A DNA stretch of 64,000 nucleotides from Iphione sp. A-MEVVRFRX5 (GCA_976226885.1 OZ320313.1:39370001-39434000); one strand, 5' to 3'. Shown: positions 10,775 to 23,890, numbered from the stretch's first letter. Numbers and translations are program-made. The notes: generated from the sequence alone by a model not told the origin.

Positions 10775-13140
10775 GAATAGTCTGGGAAGAAGGAGAAGAA
10801 AAGATGTTTGACACGACGACTTTAGCCTTGACTCTTTGAAGTTTACCCAAGTTATCATATTATTCTAAGAAAAAGTTGTCACAGAACTGTTTAAGTGCGT
10901 GGGTCCGACTCGCCGAACTGCTGAGATTGGACACTGCAAGCAAACTGTCCTTCACTTTGGCCATGGCAACAAAGCCCCACAAATAAGCTAGTGACCTTCG
11001 CAGGTGCTTTAATTACGTCACAATGACGTCATTGTTGCCGTCATTTATGACGTTGTTGTAGGTTGACCTATTGCTCAGATTGCGGAAGGGAAACACTTGG
11101 ACTGATTTTACTTCCGGTTCGTATTGGTAGAATTGACCTCTTTGCACACTAAAGTGTACTTTTTCTAAAGTCCTGCGTCTTCCCTCAACTCTCACACGTT
11201 ACACTCTACGTAGACTATTCCACTTTCAATCAAGGGAACCTTTCCCGTGTCTCCTCTAGATGCCAAGCATTATAAGATACAATTTATACATGCACAAATT
11301 AGCATTTTGTAGCCATATCACCTTTGTTCTCACCTTGAACATGTGAGAATCGGGTCCGTTGCAATGGTGAGATAGGAACACTTGAGAACTGTATGAAGAC
11401 AATATAGCTTCACGCTATGGACTTTCCGACTAATTTCAAACGATAGTATTGTCGCCTAATGGTATTTGAAACTCTCGCTTTCCTGCTCCATGTACTTAAT
11501 TACCTGAATAGGCTATTCGCCTATATAGTCGTTATTTTGAGGTCATTTATGAGAATTAATAATCTTTATAGGCCATACTAGTCATCTCCTATGGAAACTG
11601 AGAGCAATGTAGACTATATTTTTATTTATACATTGTCTTTAACCATTTCTACTCAAAGAATGTAAAATTCGCTAGATTACTTTGATTGTGTAGAATATTT
11701 ATTCGTTACCTCGATTTATTCCTGGCAATCTCAATTTTGAGTGACGTTTGTACTGATTCGTTGTATAGAACCGTTTTTAGACGAGTTACTTGCTAGTATT
11801 TATTTGAAATTTCTGCCTAACAAATCTACGGTTGACATCTGAGTAGTCAGTTTGGATTTTCTCACCGACTTTAAGTCACTCAACTTGAGCAAAGATGATA
11901 AAAGCTTGGCATACCTGTCACAATACCTCATATAGTTGTCATGACTGATGCAGAAGCATAACTTGCTAGGGAACTAAGAAAACGACCCTATGTACCAAAG
12001 AATACCACTACACTTTCTCTGTCTTGGTGTCCCACAACCCGCTAATATTTCTGAATATAACTATCCTAAAAGAGCCCGTTCAGGTCCTTCCCAAAACATA
12101 AAGAAAGGCAGACGTGAATGCCAAACTTAGTCTTGACATAGACCTTACACACATTGTCAGTCCAACGTTACCCACCGAACATTATAGACACCATAACATA
12201 CAGGAATAAACGTAAGGGAATTGTCTCAATACTGCGAAACACTTTAGACATCTGGAAGTCTAAGTCCTCTCGCAAAGTTAATGCTGACACACATCAAAAG
12301 GACAAATTAAAGATACCGGACAGGTACATAGATCCAGGTTTTATCATGGATTCTTCCCTCCTCCTCTTGACTCAGATAGTTGATTCAAATGTTTTGAAGG
12401 CGAGGTTCAATGCAACACTGCTCACAGATAGGTGCCAACAGTCAAGTTGCTCTGATTTTGTCCCTTTGGAACAGCGGGGAGTCCTTTCACGGCGAGAGTC
12501 GTAACATGCTAACGTTGAGACGTAGGGCTCAGTTATAGCAATTGTGACCACTACTCTATATGCACGTTTCTTCTGACATGGTCATAAACATGGCTACTTT
12601 CTACTGAGCAATGAAGAGTTCTATCTTATATATAGTCTAACTGATAAATGCTCTTGACATGGATGCCAAGTTTAGATCATCTAATGCCAGGCAATTGATA
12701 GTTGTCCATCAGTCAAGGTCTCTTTTAAAATGTACATTTAGTAGTATTCAGTCAGCCAATCAAAACACAAGAGTCTGAGAATCTTACACCAAACTTGTAA
12801 ATAACTCATTGTTGAAGTAATTTATTGATCTATTCTAATTTATTGATGTATTTATCTCCACTGAGATTTGTGCATTCAAGAGATGCAATAAACACAGGCG
12901 CAAAAATGCTGAGGTAAGCAATACATGCAGAATGTGCACGTCAGATTCGTACATATACATGTATATGCAAAAAGATGATACTTTTGTAGGGATTTTGACA
13001 ATAAATGAATATTTTAACAATACGTTCTTGTTTGTTGTATATACTTGTATGTCTTAAAGAAAATATACACTTCTGGACAAAACATACCGACAATGGACAG
13101 TTGATTTAATTAATTGAATAAAGTATGTCATGCATTTGTT
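10775..13140 (+). other. Probable scratch 3' UTR with polyadenylation signals
   Basis: AT-rich sequence follows the stop codon. AATAAA occurs at 12887, 13000 and 13117, the last followed by GT-rich sequence. TGTAHATA elements at 12796 and 13036. The exact 3' end is inferred. Confidence 0.5.
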
Positions 13141-15819
13141 ACCGTACAATGCAGGTATTACGCGTATACAAAACCTGTCCAGCACGATGCACTCCATGAC
13201 AAACTCATCCTATGATCAATTTACATCATTGGCAACTCGTTTCAAGATCTATGTGACAATCTCTCGAGCCTACCTTGAACTGCGCAGAAAACCTGGATAG
13301 TGAAAAAGCCACGAATAGGGTGATTGTCAGAACAAGAGGTGTTGCGCATTAATGTTCCTGTAAACGGTTGTAATCACAAACAGGGTTTTTTTTGAATCCA
13401 AATATCAGTAAACTGCAGTGAGTAATACCGAAACCATCATTGTTTGAAATCAGCCACAGGACCAGCTCGCAATGACGTGAGTCATCGATGGAGCAAAACG
13501 GCCTGGTCCGGTAAGCATGAAAAATATTGGTTTAAAAGGTTTGATCTCCAATAATATTATTATACTTTTCTCATACATCTAAAACATGACTGGTGTATTC
13601 TGTATATATCTGTTGTGATGTACATTGTATGTGAGTTCCCGTGCAGTGGGGTTTAGTACCTGGAAGCGCTGTGAAAGTTCCCTGTGTGTTCACCACCAAA
13701 ATTGGTCAAATAGTAATGGAAACAGCATGGACACACAGAATGCATTGAAATGCTGTCAAGGCTATGAGAAGTGGGAACCTTCCCAATCCAAAAAACACAC
13801 TACTCCGACTACGCTCAGAATTCCCCCCTGTGAAAAGACAATGTCACTGCCATAAAAACATGCACACATGGGAATAAAACCTTAATCTTATTTCTGATGG
13901 ATCATATTTCTTACTGAGGAACACTATAGCCAGTAGGATGTTTAGACATTGTCGACAATATTTATGACTCATTTGTAGTAACTCTCTAGGCATCTTAGCT
14001 TTCCTGCCGTGTTTTGTGGGAATAACTATCAACATATTATAAGGCATGTCCGATGTGTCGGCATTTTCTTGATAGGAAACGCTCGTAATGACCAACACAT
14101 TCACACTTAAATACTACTCTGCCGTGCCTCTTTTATGTCCCTCTCTTGCGCTTTCTCTATTTCTCTCTATCGCTCTCCTGACTGTCCTTCCCTATTCTAC
14201 CGGTCCATTCGTCCCACACTGAGTATCGTGCCTGCCTGCCTCTCTCTACTTCCATTTCGTCTTCGTTTATCTCTCCGTTTTTGCCTACCAACAGCTCGCT
14301 AGGAGTATCTTTAAGTACCCCTCCCCCCGCCCACTTCCTCTCTACCATTCTTTCTGCCAGGTTCCTGATCGTTTGTGTTCCCTGTTCATCTACTCTATTT
14401 ATCAGTCATCTCGCCCCACGCGCCCACTCTCCACTCCACGTCACCCCCACACACCAGGCCTCTTCAGGTCATTCACCTCATATACAGGCCTTCAAAACCA
14501 AAGCACACTCGCCCTTAAACCTTGCTAACAATGCCCTTAGGTTCTTTTACACATACGCTTACCCACTCTACACCCTGACACACTCACCACCAGCTACCTT
14601 CCCTACATACATAAACTGCCCACCCGAGACCAGCCGGACACCCTTAACTTTGATTGGCAGTTGTTGTTCCCGTAACGCCCGACAGGTGGCTGACGAAACA
14701 CGCTGCGTGCGCATTGTTGTCAAGATGGCGTCCTCCACAGGTGGGACGCCATCTTTCCTTTCCCAGCATCCTTCAGATGGGCACGTGTGCCTGAGAGGAT
14801 TTACATCACTATTGGGCCGGGGGTCGGGGGAGGGGTTTCGGCAGAGTGGGGTAGGGGACGCACGGCGAACGCAACCTGGGATAACAAGACAAGGGGGTAG
14901 GTATTAGGGAGACGGGTGTGAAGGGTTTGGGGTTGTTGGGAGGGGGCAGGTGGGCAAAGAGGGAATGAAGAGAAACATTAGAGGTAGAGGGTTGTGCGGA
15001 GACTTGTTGGGGATGTCAGACACATGATTTAATCAATGAAATCAATTTGAGGCAGTAGATAATAATTGGGAAACAGAGCGATCGAGACAAATGGCAGAGA
15101 AAGAATAAGGGAGAAACATAGAAGGAAAGAGAGACTGAGGGTGCAATACATATAGTGATCAAGCTAACAATTAGAAGATTTGTAGAACAATAGGCAGTTA
15201 TTGGCGCAGTGCAGATACTTTCAAAAGATAGATTATGCATGAGAGAGAGGCAGAGAGAGAGGGAGGAAGAGAGAAAATAGAAAAGCAGGAACAGAGAGAG
15301 ATAGAGAGAAAGAAAGAAAGAAAGAAAGAGGAGGAAGGGAGGAAGACAGGGACAACGAGTGAAATGGGACTGTAGCCCCGCCGACGGGTGCAGGGACCTG
15401 AATAATGACATGACAGACGTGGGTGGGTGGGGGTGCCAGTGATTCGTAACACACGGCACAGTATCAGTTAAAACAAAGGCAGAAAAACAACAAGTGCGGC
15501 TGGAAAATAAAAGGAAATTGTGCCATAAACGTGGCCTTTTAGAGTTCTCCGTCGGGGTAACTGTTAGCAGTGCGAAAATATTTGGCGGCTGGCGCTGGTT
15601 TCGAATGCAAACACCAGGTGTCTCCGAGATCGCGTGCGACAGACTGGAGAATCACTAATCACTTACGTCAATAGAGCTCGGCGGTGGGTGGGTGGGTGGG
15701 TGGGTGGGTGGATAGATGGCTGTGATGCTGAGGTAAGTAAGAGGGGCTGTGTGATGTGGGGTAGACAGAAATGGAAACTTTGGTGTTATCATCATGATGA
15801 TCGTCGTGGGTAGAGGGAG

Positions 15820-15824
<5 letters not shown>

Positions 15825-15860
<36 letters not shown>
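15825..15860. repeat. (AG)18 microsatellite; (GGGT)n nearby at about 15684..15710
   Basis: Direct reading. Confidence 0.9.
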
Positions 15861-15863
<3 letters not shown>

Positions 15864-16920
15864 AGAGTTCATAAAAATCTTTTGAGGAAACAACATGAGA
15901 CACGAAGAAATAAATACTAGCAGCTCAGCAAGCCGTAGAGACGTGGACAGATAGATTTAAACATAGTAAGTTTGAGAAGAATGAGAAGTCATCTTTGACT
16001 TTTGCTGTGACTCAAAGAGGCACTATACAGGTGAAGGCACCTACGGGCACAAACGCTAATTAACCAGAGATTGAAACTGAGAAACATCCCGTTAATTTGG
16101 TTTCAGTAAAATAATATATATAATCATATACTCTTTGTCCTGTCTTCTAGACCTCCCTACCTCCTCTATCATGGACCTCCCACATTAATTCTCTGCCCCT
16201 CCCCCCACCCCAGCCAGCCAGCCACCTGCGGAGTTCTGCTTTCTCAACCATCCAACCTACAACTCTCCCACGCCCTCCCCCACCAACTTCGCTTAATCCC
16301 TGCCTCCCCACGTCCACCCACCCCCTATCCAGCCCCCCCGTGCCCCAATAGTCCATTCCGCATCTGTTGAATGGTGACTGGCTTAGGTAAATAGGATATT
16401 ACTTACTGTTGGGCTAATTCGCTACGTCATGGAAAGGGGGGCTGGTTGGTCAATACTTCTGGGGGTGAATGAAGCATGTATAATGCCTTTGTGTACTAGT
16501 CTCTATACAGATGCCTACGTTCATGTAAGTATTGGAAGTAACGCGCACGTCGGATAGGTGTAGATATACATGTACATAAAAAGTGTTGGGTATGTAGGTA
16601 TGTGCGCACAAAAGCACATTCTTTGCAATAATTTGTGCAAATGGAATGGAAACCTTTTTTATACATGTATATATCACATTATAATATACATCCTTCAGAT
16701 CTTCAACATAAGATCATTGCACTGAGGAATGGCTGAAGTTTGACTACTTGAGCGCAGTGGAAAAGAAAAACACAATTTATGATTCTATTGGGAAGTTCCA
16801 TGATGATATCGCTTCCTGCGTCTACACGCCATGATGACACAGCTGTGGCCCCGGTGAGATCATTTCTGTTTAATGCTATGTTCCTTAACTGGTATTTTGT
16901 CAGCTATGATCTCGATACAT

Positions 16921-17143
16921 CAAAAATGCTTTTAGTTGCTTGATTGGACCTACATACATCGCCCTATTTTGGCTTATTTTACCAAAAGTCTCATATTGAT
17001 TTGGCGAGTAATGTCACTACTGTGGTGCTTTTTGATTTCATTTGAGCTCAAACAATGCTGTTAGTTGCTTAATATTGGACTTACATAATATCACCCTGTT
17101 TTAGCTTATTTTACCAAACGTTTCATGTTAATTTGTTAAGTAA
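16921..17143. repeat. Diverged ~128-bp tandem duplication; copy 2 is interrupted by a MITE
   Basis: CAAAAATGCTTTTAGTTGCTT...GCTTATTTTACCAAA...AGTAA at 16921 recurs at 17049. Confidence 0.75.
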
Positions 17144-17739
17144 GGCCTGGTTTCCTTACATGCAGTGGTGTCCGTGTGCAATGCAATGCATTGCCGTGCA
17201 TTTTTTTTTTTACCAAGACACTGATTTTAATGGAGGGTGTGCATTGTATGCGTGAGTTGTCCATGTGCATACCTGTGAGTTGACGTGCGTTGCACTAGCA
17301 CAGTAATGCACTGGTACTTCTTCATATTTATGCACTTTTACTCACTTCTCTTCACTTTCGACATGATTTATACACATTTATGCACTAAATTACACACCAC
17401 GCTGTCTTTATCCCAATTTCTTTTTAGCACTTTTGCCATTTTTTGCCTATTGTCCATGAAATAAGCTGTTTTCTGGCCTAGTTTCCATGTAATTTGCTCT
17501 TTTTTAGCTGAAAATGAGCCATTTTTTGTCCCTGTTTCCCTGAAATTTGTTGTTTTTGGCGTTTTTTGCCATTTGTCATATTTTGAAGTCATGAAATGCA
17601 CTGATCTGCACTGATCATCAAAGGACACCCCTTTGCCTCACAGTGCATGAAATAAAAAATGCATTGAAATGCACTGGAAAATGCACACACAGCTCTCCGG
17701 CACATATCTGGACACCAATGCAAGTTTGGAAACTGGGCC
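17144..17739. mobile_element. PIF/Harbinger-type MITE (family C)
   Basis: ~30-bp TIRs GGCCTGGTTTCCTTACATGCAGTGGTGTCC / rc GGCCCAGTTTCCAAACTTGCATTGGTGTCC, TAA duplicated on both sides, no ORF. Confidence 0.85.
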
Positions 17740-17800
17740 TAAGCCAACCACCCTGTTGTTTTTTTTTTTATCTCATTTGACCTTGTGTCATCATGTATTA

Positions 17801-17941
17801 TTAACCTAGATACAGAAAAGGTGCTCTTGGCTGATAAAATTTTGACCTAGATAGATGTAATGTGGTCTTTTTCATAGAAAAATTCGACCTAGATATGTGA
17901 AAAGTAATCTTGTCCAAGCTTTTCGGAAAGGTTTGACCTAT
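17801..17941. repeat. Degenerate ~41-bp tandem repeat built on T(T/C)RACCTAGATA
   Basis: The core recurs at about 17801, 17842, 17883 and 17933. Confidence 0.55.
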
Positions 17942-18858
17942 CTCCATCATTGACTCAGTCTAGCATATCATAATTCACTGTCACTAGTCATGTGACTTCA
18001 TTTGTCCTGCTGAGGATAAGAGTCCAGCCGTATGCAATCCTTGCTGCTGCAGTTGCGAGAGCTGACCATAATACAAAGGTTGTATCCCTGGCTGCTAGAT
18101 AATGTGTGACTCTCTGTCAATGCTCTTTAGCTGTATGTTTTGAGTATGATTCATGTGTAAGCAGTGAATTTAGGTCATTTCAAATTTGGTACTAGTTAGC
18201 AGACCACACATAGTACCTGCTCAATTTTTGGTATATTAGTGGTCACATATCCTTGCGAGAAATTATGGTAAATGAAGCCCTTATGACACTAATAAAGGAC
18301 ATATCTCCCCAGTCAAGAGGAAATGTACAGCGAAGTCTAATCCAGACAAAGACAAAAAATCAGCAAAGGAGAAGACCACTCCTGCACCTAAGACACAGGC
18401 TCAAGAACCCATGGCAGTAATATTGGATGCCACAATGTCTATTAACTAGACTTTAAGCTAGTCACCAGCAGGGTTCTAATCTGGCCTCCACTTCGATTTC
18501 AAAGGGGAGATCTCATCTCTTGCAAATACAGTTAACAGTGGCTGTCAAGACCTCCATCATGTATCCAGTGATGTTATCCCTGCTGACCAAGTGTCCCCCA
18601 GATGAAGATTCTGGGGATGAGGTGTCACAACTTGTTTCCAATCTATTTCCACACCAGAGTATCACTGATCAGGTCTCTGACAATGATGAAGTGTCTCCAA
18701 TGGATTCCTTGGGAGAATACCAGCAGCAAACCATCATGTAGCCATGCCCACCCATCACAATATGACGGTCATACTTTCATTATGGTCATGTACAATGTTC
18801 AAAATTAAAAAAAAAAGTTTTCTAGTCACAGTATCAGTGTATTGCACTTTCTTATATA

Positions 18859-19460
18859 CAGTGCGATGTCCCCTCGTGGACATGTCTGGGATGCGGAGGC
18901 ATCTCCAATGTGGATGATTTGAAAAAGAACCAAAATGTTTCCTATAGTTAAGCATTGTAACAGGATGTGTATAATCAGAACAACATATATCCCAGAGCGT
19001 CTGGCTATGGACACTGTGGACGAGGTGTTGTCACACAAATCTGGGACTCCAGGGGGGCTGCAAAAGTCATTTTCAAAGGTAGACAGGAATATAACCTGTG
19101 AATGAGGTGTTGTCACGTGAATTTGGGGCTCCAGGGGGCTCCAGGGAGGCTCCAGAAGTTTTTTTCAAAGGTAGACATGAATAACCCCCAAGCACTTTTA
19201 GGACTCCTACTCATCAAATTCAGCCATTTTTGGACCTTTACTCGTCGAATTCAGCACTTTTAGGACTCCTACTCTTCAAATTTAGCCATTTTTGGACTCT
19301 TGCTTGTCAAATTCAACACTCTTAGGACTCCTACTTGTCAAAATCCAAAAGACATTACCCCCAAGTCATATCCTACTAACAGATCTACAAACCGACCATG
19401 TCTAAAATGCGGACGATTTGATGCAGAACGCAGGCTGTCCAGAATTGGGACGTTCCACTG
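18859..19460. mobile_element. Tc1/pogo (Tigger-like) MITE with an internal 30-bp minisatellite
   Basis: TA|CAGTGCGATGTCCC ... GGGACGTTCCACTG|TA. About 5 copies of a ~30-bp unit at 19200..19345. Homologous, in inverted orientation, to 48769..49207. Confidence 0.82.
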
Positions 19461-19830
19461 TACTTTAAGAATAAATACAGATGCCTTACCATGTTCTCAA
19501 TAGATATAATGTCTATACATTTACATAAGCACATAATGACATGTGACAGTCTTAATTCTTATGCAGTCATGCAGGAGTCACAGTGTCACTCGATGTCATC
19601 TGCATGGATTGGTTACACAAGTCACGTGACAAAATAGCATAACATCATTGGCTATGGAACACTTTGATTGACTGATATTGTGACTAAAAAAAAAGTCATC
19701 CTGGCACAAGGCAATATGTCAATTGACAAAGATGAATCAGTAGGTCCAGATGCTCCCAATATATGAATTCATAACCAAAACATAGTTCAGATCCTGGGTT
19801 GAAACCAAACAAAACAAAAAGAAAGAGGCT

Positions 19831-21155
19831 TACCCCAGTCAAGCAAACACTGAGGAGCTGCATCTGACAAAAATCAATGAACCGGTGTGGCCCATGTCAC
19901 ACAGATAGGGCCATACCAATCTCCAAAAGTTCAAATTAAGAGGCATCTAGGATCGGCTGCCCTAGTTTGGGGCACTACTCAACTTATGAACGTGGTACAA
20001 ATGGATCTGTCCTCTCAACTGTGCTGAATACTTATGGAGGTGCTTAACAGTAAGTTGATTAAAGCTCAAAGGAATGACTTCTGCTATGTGTTCAAGAATG
20101 AATACAAGCAGCTAAGCTGAGAGGAACATTTGCTGTTATACAAACTGTTGTTTGGTGACAATTTGGAGGTGCCCCTAAAAATGCTGGAAACTGTGCACAA
20201 GATCACAAAGAAAGTGGAGTGGAGCAAGACAGGGAAGGTGGACAGATGTTTGGATGTAGAGGTTATACATGTGGTAGGGGAAGACATCATCCATACAGGC
20301 CTTACTCTTTCTATGGTCACCATCAGTTTCTGAGAGGTGTGTTATCTCAGTTCTCTGCCTCATCATCTGGCAAACACCAGGATTTGGGGCTAAGGAATCT
20401 CAAGAAGTAGCTCTAAATGATTTTGTGGCTGGCAGATTAGTGCAGAAGGTTAATATTTGGGAATGCCTCTCTTCAGATTCTGAAGTTTTAAACATTGTTT
20501 CTTGAATCATGTTAGTGTTTTGCCGTACGCCACTGCCTAGATGTATCCTTCAGCCGTTATGTTTTGCTGATGTTGAGTTTGATAAGGTTACTCAAGTGGT
20601 GGAGTGGTGCAACAGGAATCATTAATCCTGATTGCCCTCCTTTGCTTCATCAGCCGATAATTCTTCTAAGAGGAAAGCCGTACAGGTCCATTTGAAATAT
20701 TATTTTAAGTCATAATTTTTATTCATTTTAAGATTGATACCTTCTATTCAGTAACACCGACCGTTTGCAAGGATTTTTGTTGCATGGCTTAGTGGACCTT
20801 AAATGCATATACCATGAGATGCCTGTTCAACTTCATTATCAAAAGTTCTTCATGTTTTCATGAAATGGCAGATATTTCTGGTATATAGTTATGTCATTCA
20901 GCCTTACATCAGCACTGAGACTCTTCACTAAAGTGCTTCCATTGCTATTAGCCACTTTACTTAAACAAGGACATAATGTTTTAGCCTATCTTGATGATCT
21001 ATTGGTAGTAACTCCTTTACCGATGAGATGCTCTGATTTAGTTCTTGTGGATACTGACCTATTGGGTGAGTTTGGGGTTTGACATTAATTGGAAGAAGTC
21101 TTCTGCTATTCAAATGCAACAGCTCATATTCCTGGGTTATGACTTGGATTCAACA
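19831..21155 (+). pseudogene. Decayed DIRS-like (tyrosine-recombinase) retrotransposon: gag-like and reverse transcriptase remnants
   Basis: Gag-like motifs P..N.EEL.LTKINEPVW (19831..19890) and EYKQLS*...LLFGDNLE..LK (20061..20215). RT motifs LVDLKCIYHEMPV...YQKF..S*NGRYF...MSFSLTSALRLFTKV...LAYLDDLLV (20789..21010), then after a frameshift LGFDINWKKS...QQLIFLGYDLDS. Several stops and frameshifts. Family assignment is from recalled consensus motifs. Confidence 0.75.
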
Positions 21156-21194
21156 TATATCCAGCATGCATGCCCATGTGCACCCCCAGGTGTA

Positions 21195-21713
21195 GGCCCG
21201 GTTTCCTTACATGCGGGGGTGTCCGTGTGCGATTTTGTGTGTTCTCGTGCATTTTTTACCAGCAAACTGATATCAATGCATGCCTGTGTGCATTGACGTG
21301 CATTGATATGCTGGTTTTCGGACCAGGTTCATAAAGTTGCCACACATGGATGGCAACGCACAGCAAAACACATATCCACACATTTCTGCACATCTCATTT
21401 TTTTCTGGAATTATTTTTGCATCATTTTGCCATTTTTGGCCTATTTTCCATGAAATAAGCCATTTTCCGGGTGATTTTCCATGTAATTTGAAGTGTTTAG
21501 GCCTATTTTCCATGAATTTTGCTGTTTTCAGCCCATTTCCATGATATATGCTTGTTTTTATTTTAGTTGTTTTCACTCAAGCATGCATGCATGTATGGGA
21601 CACCCCTGTGTGTTGCCATGTGGTAAAAGTACAACGCATACCTATGCACTGGAAATGCACGCAGACCTCTGCCACATATCAATGCACCTTAATGCAAGTA
21701 TGGAAACTGGGCC
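21195..21713. mobile_element. PIF/Harbinger-type MITE (family C)
   Basis: TIRs GGCCCGGTTTCCTTACATGC / GCAAGTATGGAAACTGGGCC, 3-bp TSD GTA on both sides, homologous to 17144..17739. Confidence 0.85.
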
Positions 21714-23831
21714 GTAGGAAGAATAACACTCAACAAAACTTTTATATCTTGTTATGGGTTTTAAAAATGTCAATTTGAATGTATATTCTTTATTTTTGTC
21801 CAATATGCCAAATGATAACAACAGTCAAGGACCAAATCAAGAAGAATCCAGGATCTTTGTCATAACATAATATGCTGCAAAATGACTCTCTCGTTTACCG
21901 TAGCTACATTAATTCATCTGACCACAGTTGTCTACTGTGCGTACCCTAAATTAGATTCTAGTAGATTCGATAGGGTAAAGTGGATCATATAGTTAGAACG
22001 TGAGCGTAGGCTGGCAGCAACGTTACTATATCTTCGTACTGATGTGGATGAGCGAGAAGGTACTCCAACGGTATTCCAACAGATGAATATGACTGTATCT
22101 TTACCGACTTTACTTTGCTCATGCTGTACCCCTTGTACCCCATGCTTGTATGTACTATACCTATTCACCTCACTAGGTCAGAAAATAATCTCAGTAGCAA
22201 GTTCTCATGTCCAAAGTCGGGTTCTGTGTATGACTTGCATATTGACTAACACCAAGGTTCACCCCATGTCCCGTTGTTAGCTTAGCTTTCTACATACTGT
22301 ATTTTGTAATTCTCGTCTTGATTGTATATTATGCCTTCACCGTACTAAAGCCAGCCGCCACACGTCCATCATGCCTAATGATTTGTAGCTTCATTTCTTA
22401 AATGCATTATGTTTCTTAGAATATTCAACACTAATACCTCTGTAACCAATTTATGGAGAGTTGAATAAAACCTTGAAACCTTGAAACCAATGTAGCGGTC
22501 CTCATGGCAACAAATTAATGGACACATTATCCTGCAATGTTCTCTAATGCAGGTTCACAGACAGAAATGGTTAAAATTGCAACAAAGGATGTAAATCATG
22601 TAATTATTTTGGGAACCGTATTTCTGAGTGTTTGAATAAGAACAGTCGGAGGGTGGGACGTGACAACTGGGCCGACATAGAAACGTAGGCGGGGGATGGA
22701 TCGGTATGGTCTCAACTGAGGTGACCTCCTTGGGTGAATTTATTGGTTGATGGGGAAACTGAAGGACACATGACAACAAAGGGCTCGGGGTTGTTAGGAA
22801 CATCTTAGGGTTTGCTATATTCACATGGGTTACCTTATACCATCAGAATTGACTTGAAGGAAGAATCTCTATTTGAGGAGAAGGGTTGGTGAAAGAGGTT
22901 GTAGGGGGTGGAGGTGACGGTTGGCGAAGAGAACGAGGAGGCAGGTGAGATGGGCAGTCTGTTGTTTATCCCTGCCTCCTCCCTCCGCTACTGGCAGCGT
23001 GTGAGGCAACATGTGCCCCCTAACCTGGGCAAGGGACGCTGGGAAAACGCCCCCTGGTGTCAATCGATTGGGATTAGCGGCGGGAGATCAGCGGTAAGAA
23101 GCTGGTGGCTCCCGCAACCCGCCACGTCCAGCGACGAGAGCGGATATTATGTATAGAGTAGTTAAAGGGTGTGTGTGTTTGAGGAGCTGGTGACTTAACA
23201 TTAAAGAACGCAGAGGTGTGCTTATGAATAGTGATAGGGATACACATATCAAATGATGGGGGAATACATGTAGGTACTGAGAGCGGGTAAAATCGCGTGG
23301 TAAGGACATTTTAGCTAGGCAGACATAGGGATAAAAGTTAATGTCACTGCAGAATACAAAGTGCCTGGAAATAGTGATGAGTCAAGATAGTTGACAGACG
23401 ATACGGATGAGTGAGGGGCAGTGTAGGAGGGGAGTAGAGGGGAAGAGAGATGGAGAGTATAACGGTCAATTAACTAGATATTGACAGAGAGGTAGTGAAT
23501 ATACCAAGAGGCAGGAAAAGCTGGAGAAAAACAGAGCTGCCAAATAACAACATGTACTCCAGTAAAAGTTGAGAGAGAAGAGACATATGTCCGGTGAAAT
23601 TCGGCTACATCATCAGTTAGAGTGTGAATGTGGCAAATGACACGCCTGCTGCAAGAAAATCAGTAGGTGACGTTCATCAGCAATGGGTGATAATCAAGGA
23701 AAGTCTAAGTAAACTTGACCGACGGTCCTACCGGCTGATGGAGAAGGGGGAAGGGTGACGGTTAGTCACGTACGATGTGGATGAGGACGTGTCCACGCAG
23801 CATAAGACAACCTTGGTGTGCAAAAGAAGTC

Positions 23832-23834
<3 letters not shown>

Positions 23835-23890
<56 letters not shown>
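23835..23890. repeat. (AG)28 microsatellite within a long purine-rich tract (about 23400..24330)
   Basis: Direct reading. Confidence 0.92.

Noticed and set aside
12154-12504. 116-aa ORF starting at TTG downstream of scratch
   Set aside because: No recognisable domain, a non-ATG start, and it lies in the probable 3' UTR.
14281-14907. 208-aa ORF
   Set aside because: Low-complexity S/P/T/H product from C-rich sequence, with no domain or splice support.
19200-19345. 30-bp periodic array
   Set aside because: Head-to-tail minisatellite without unique spacers, inside a MITE; not CRISPR.
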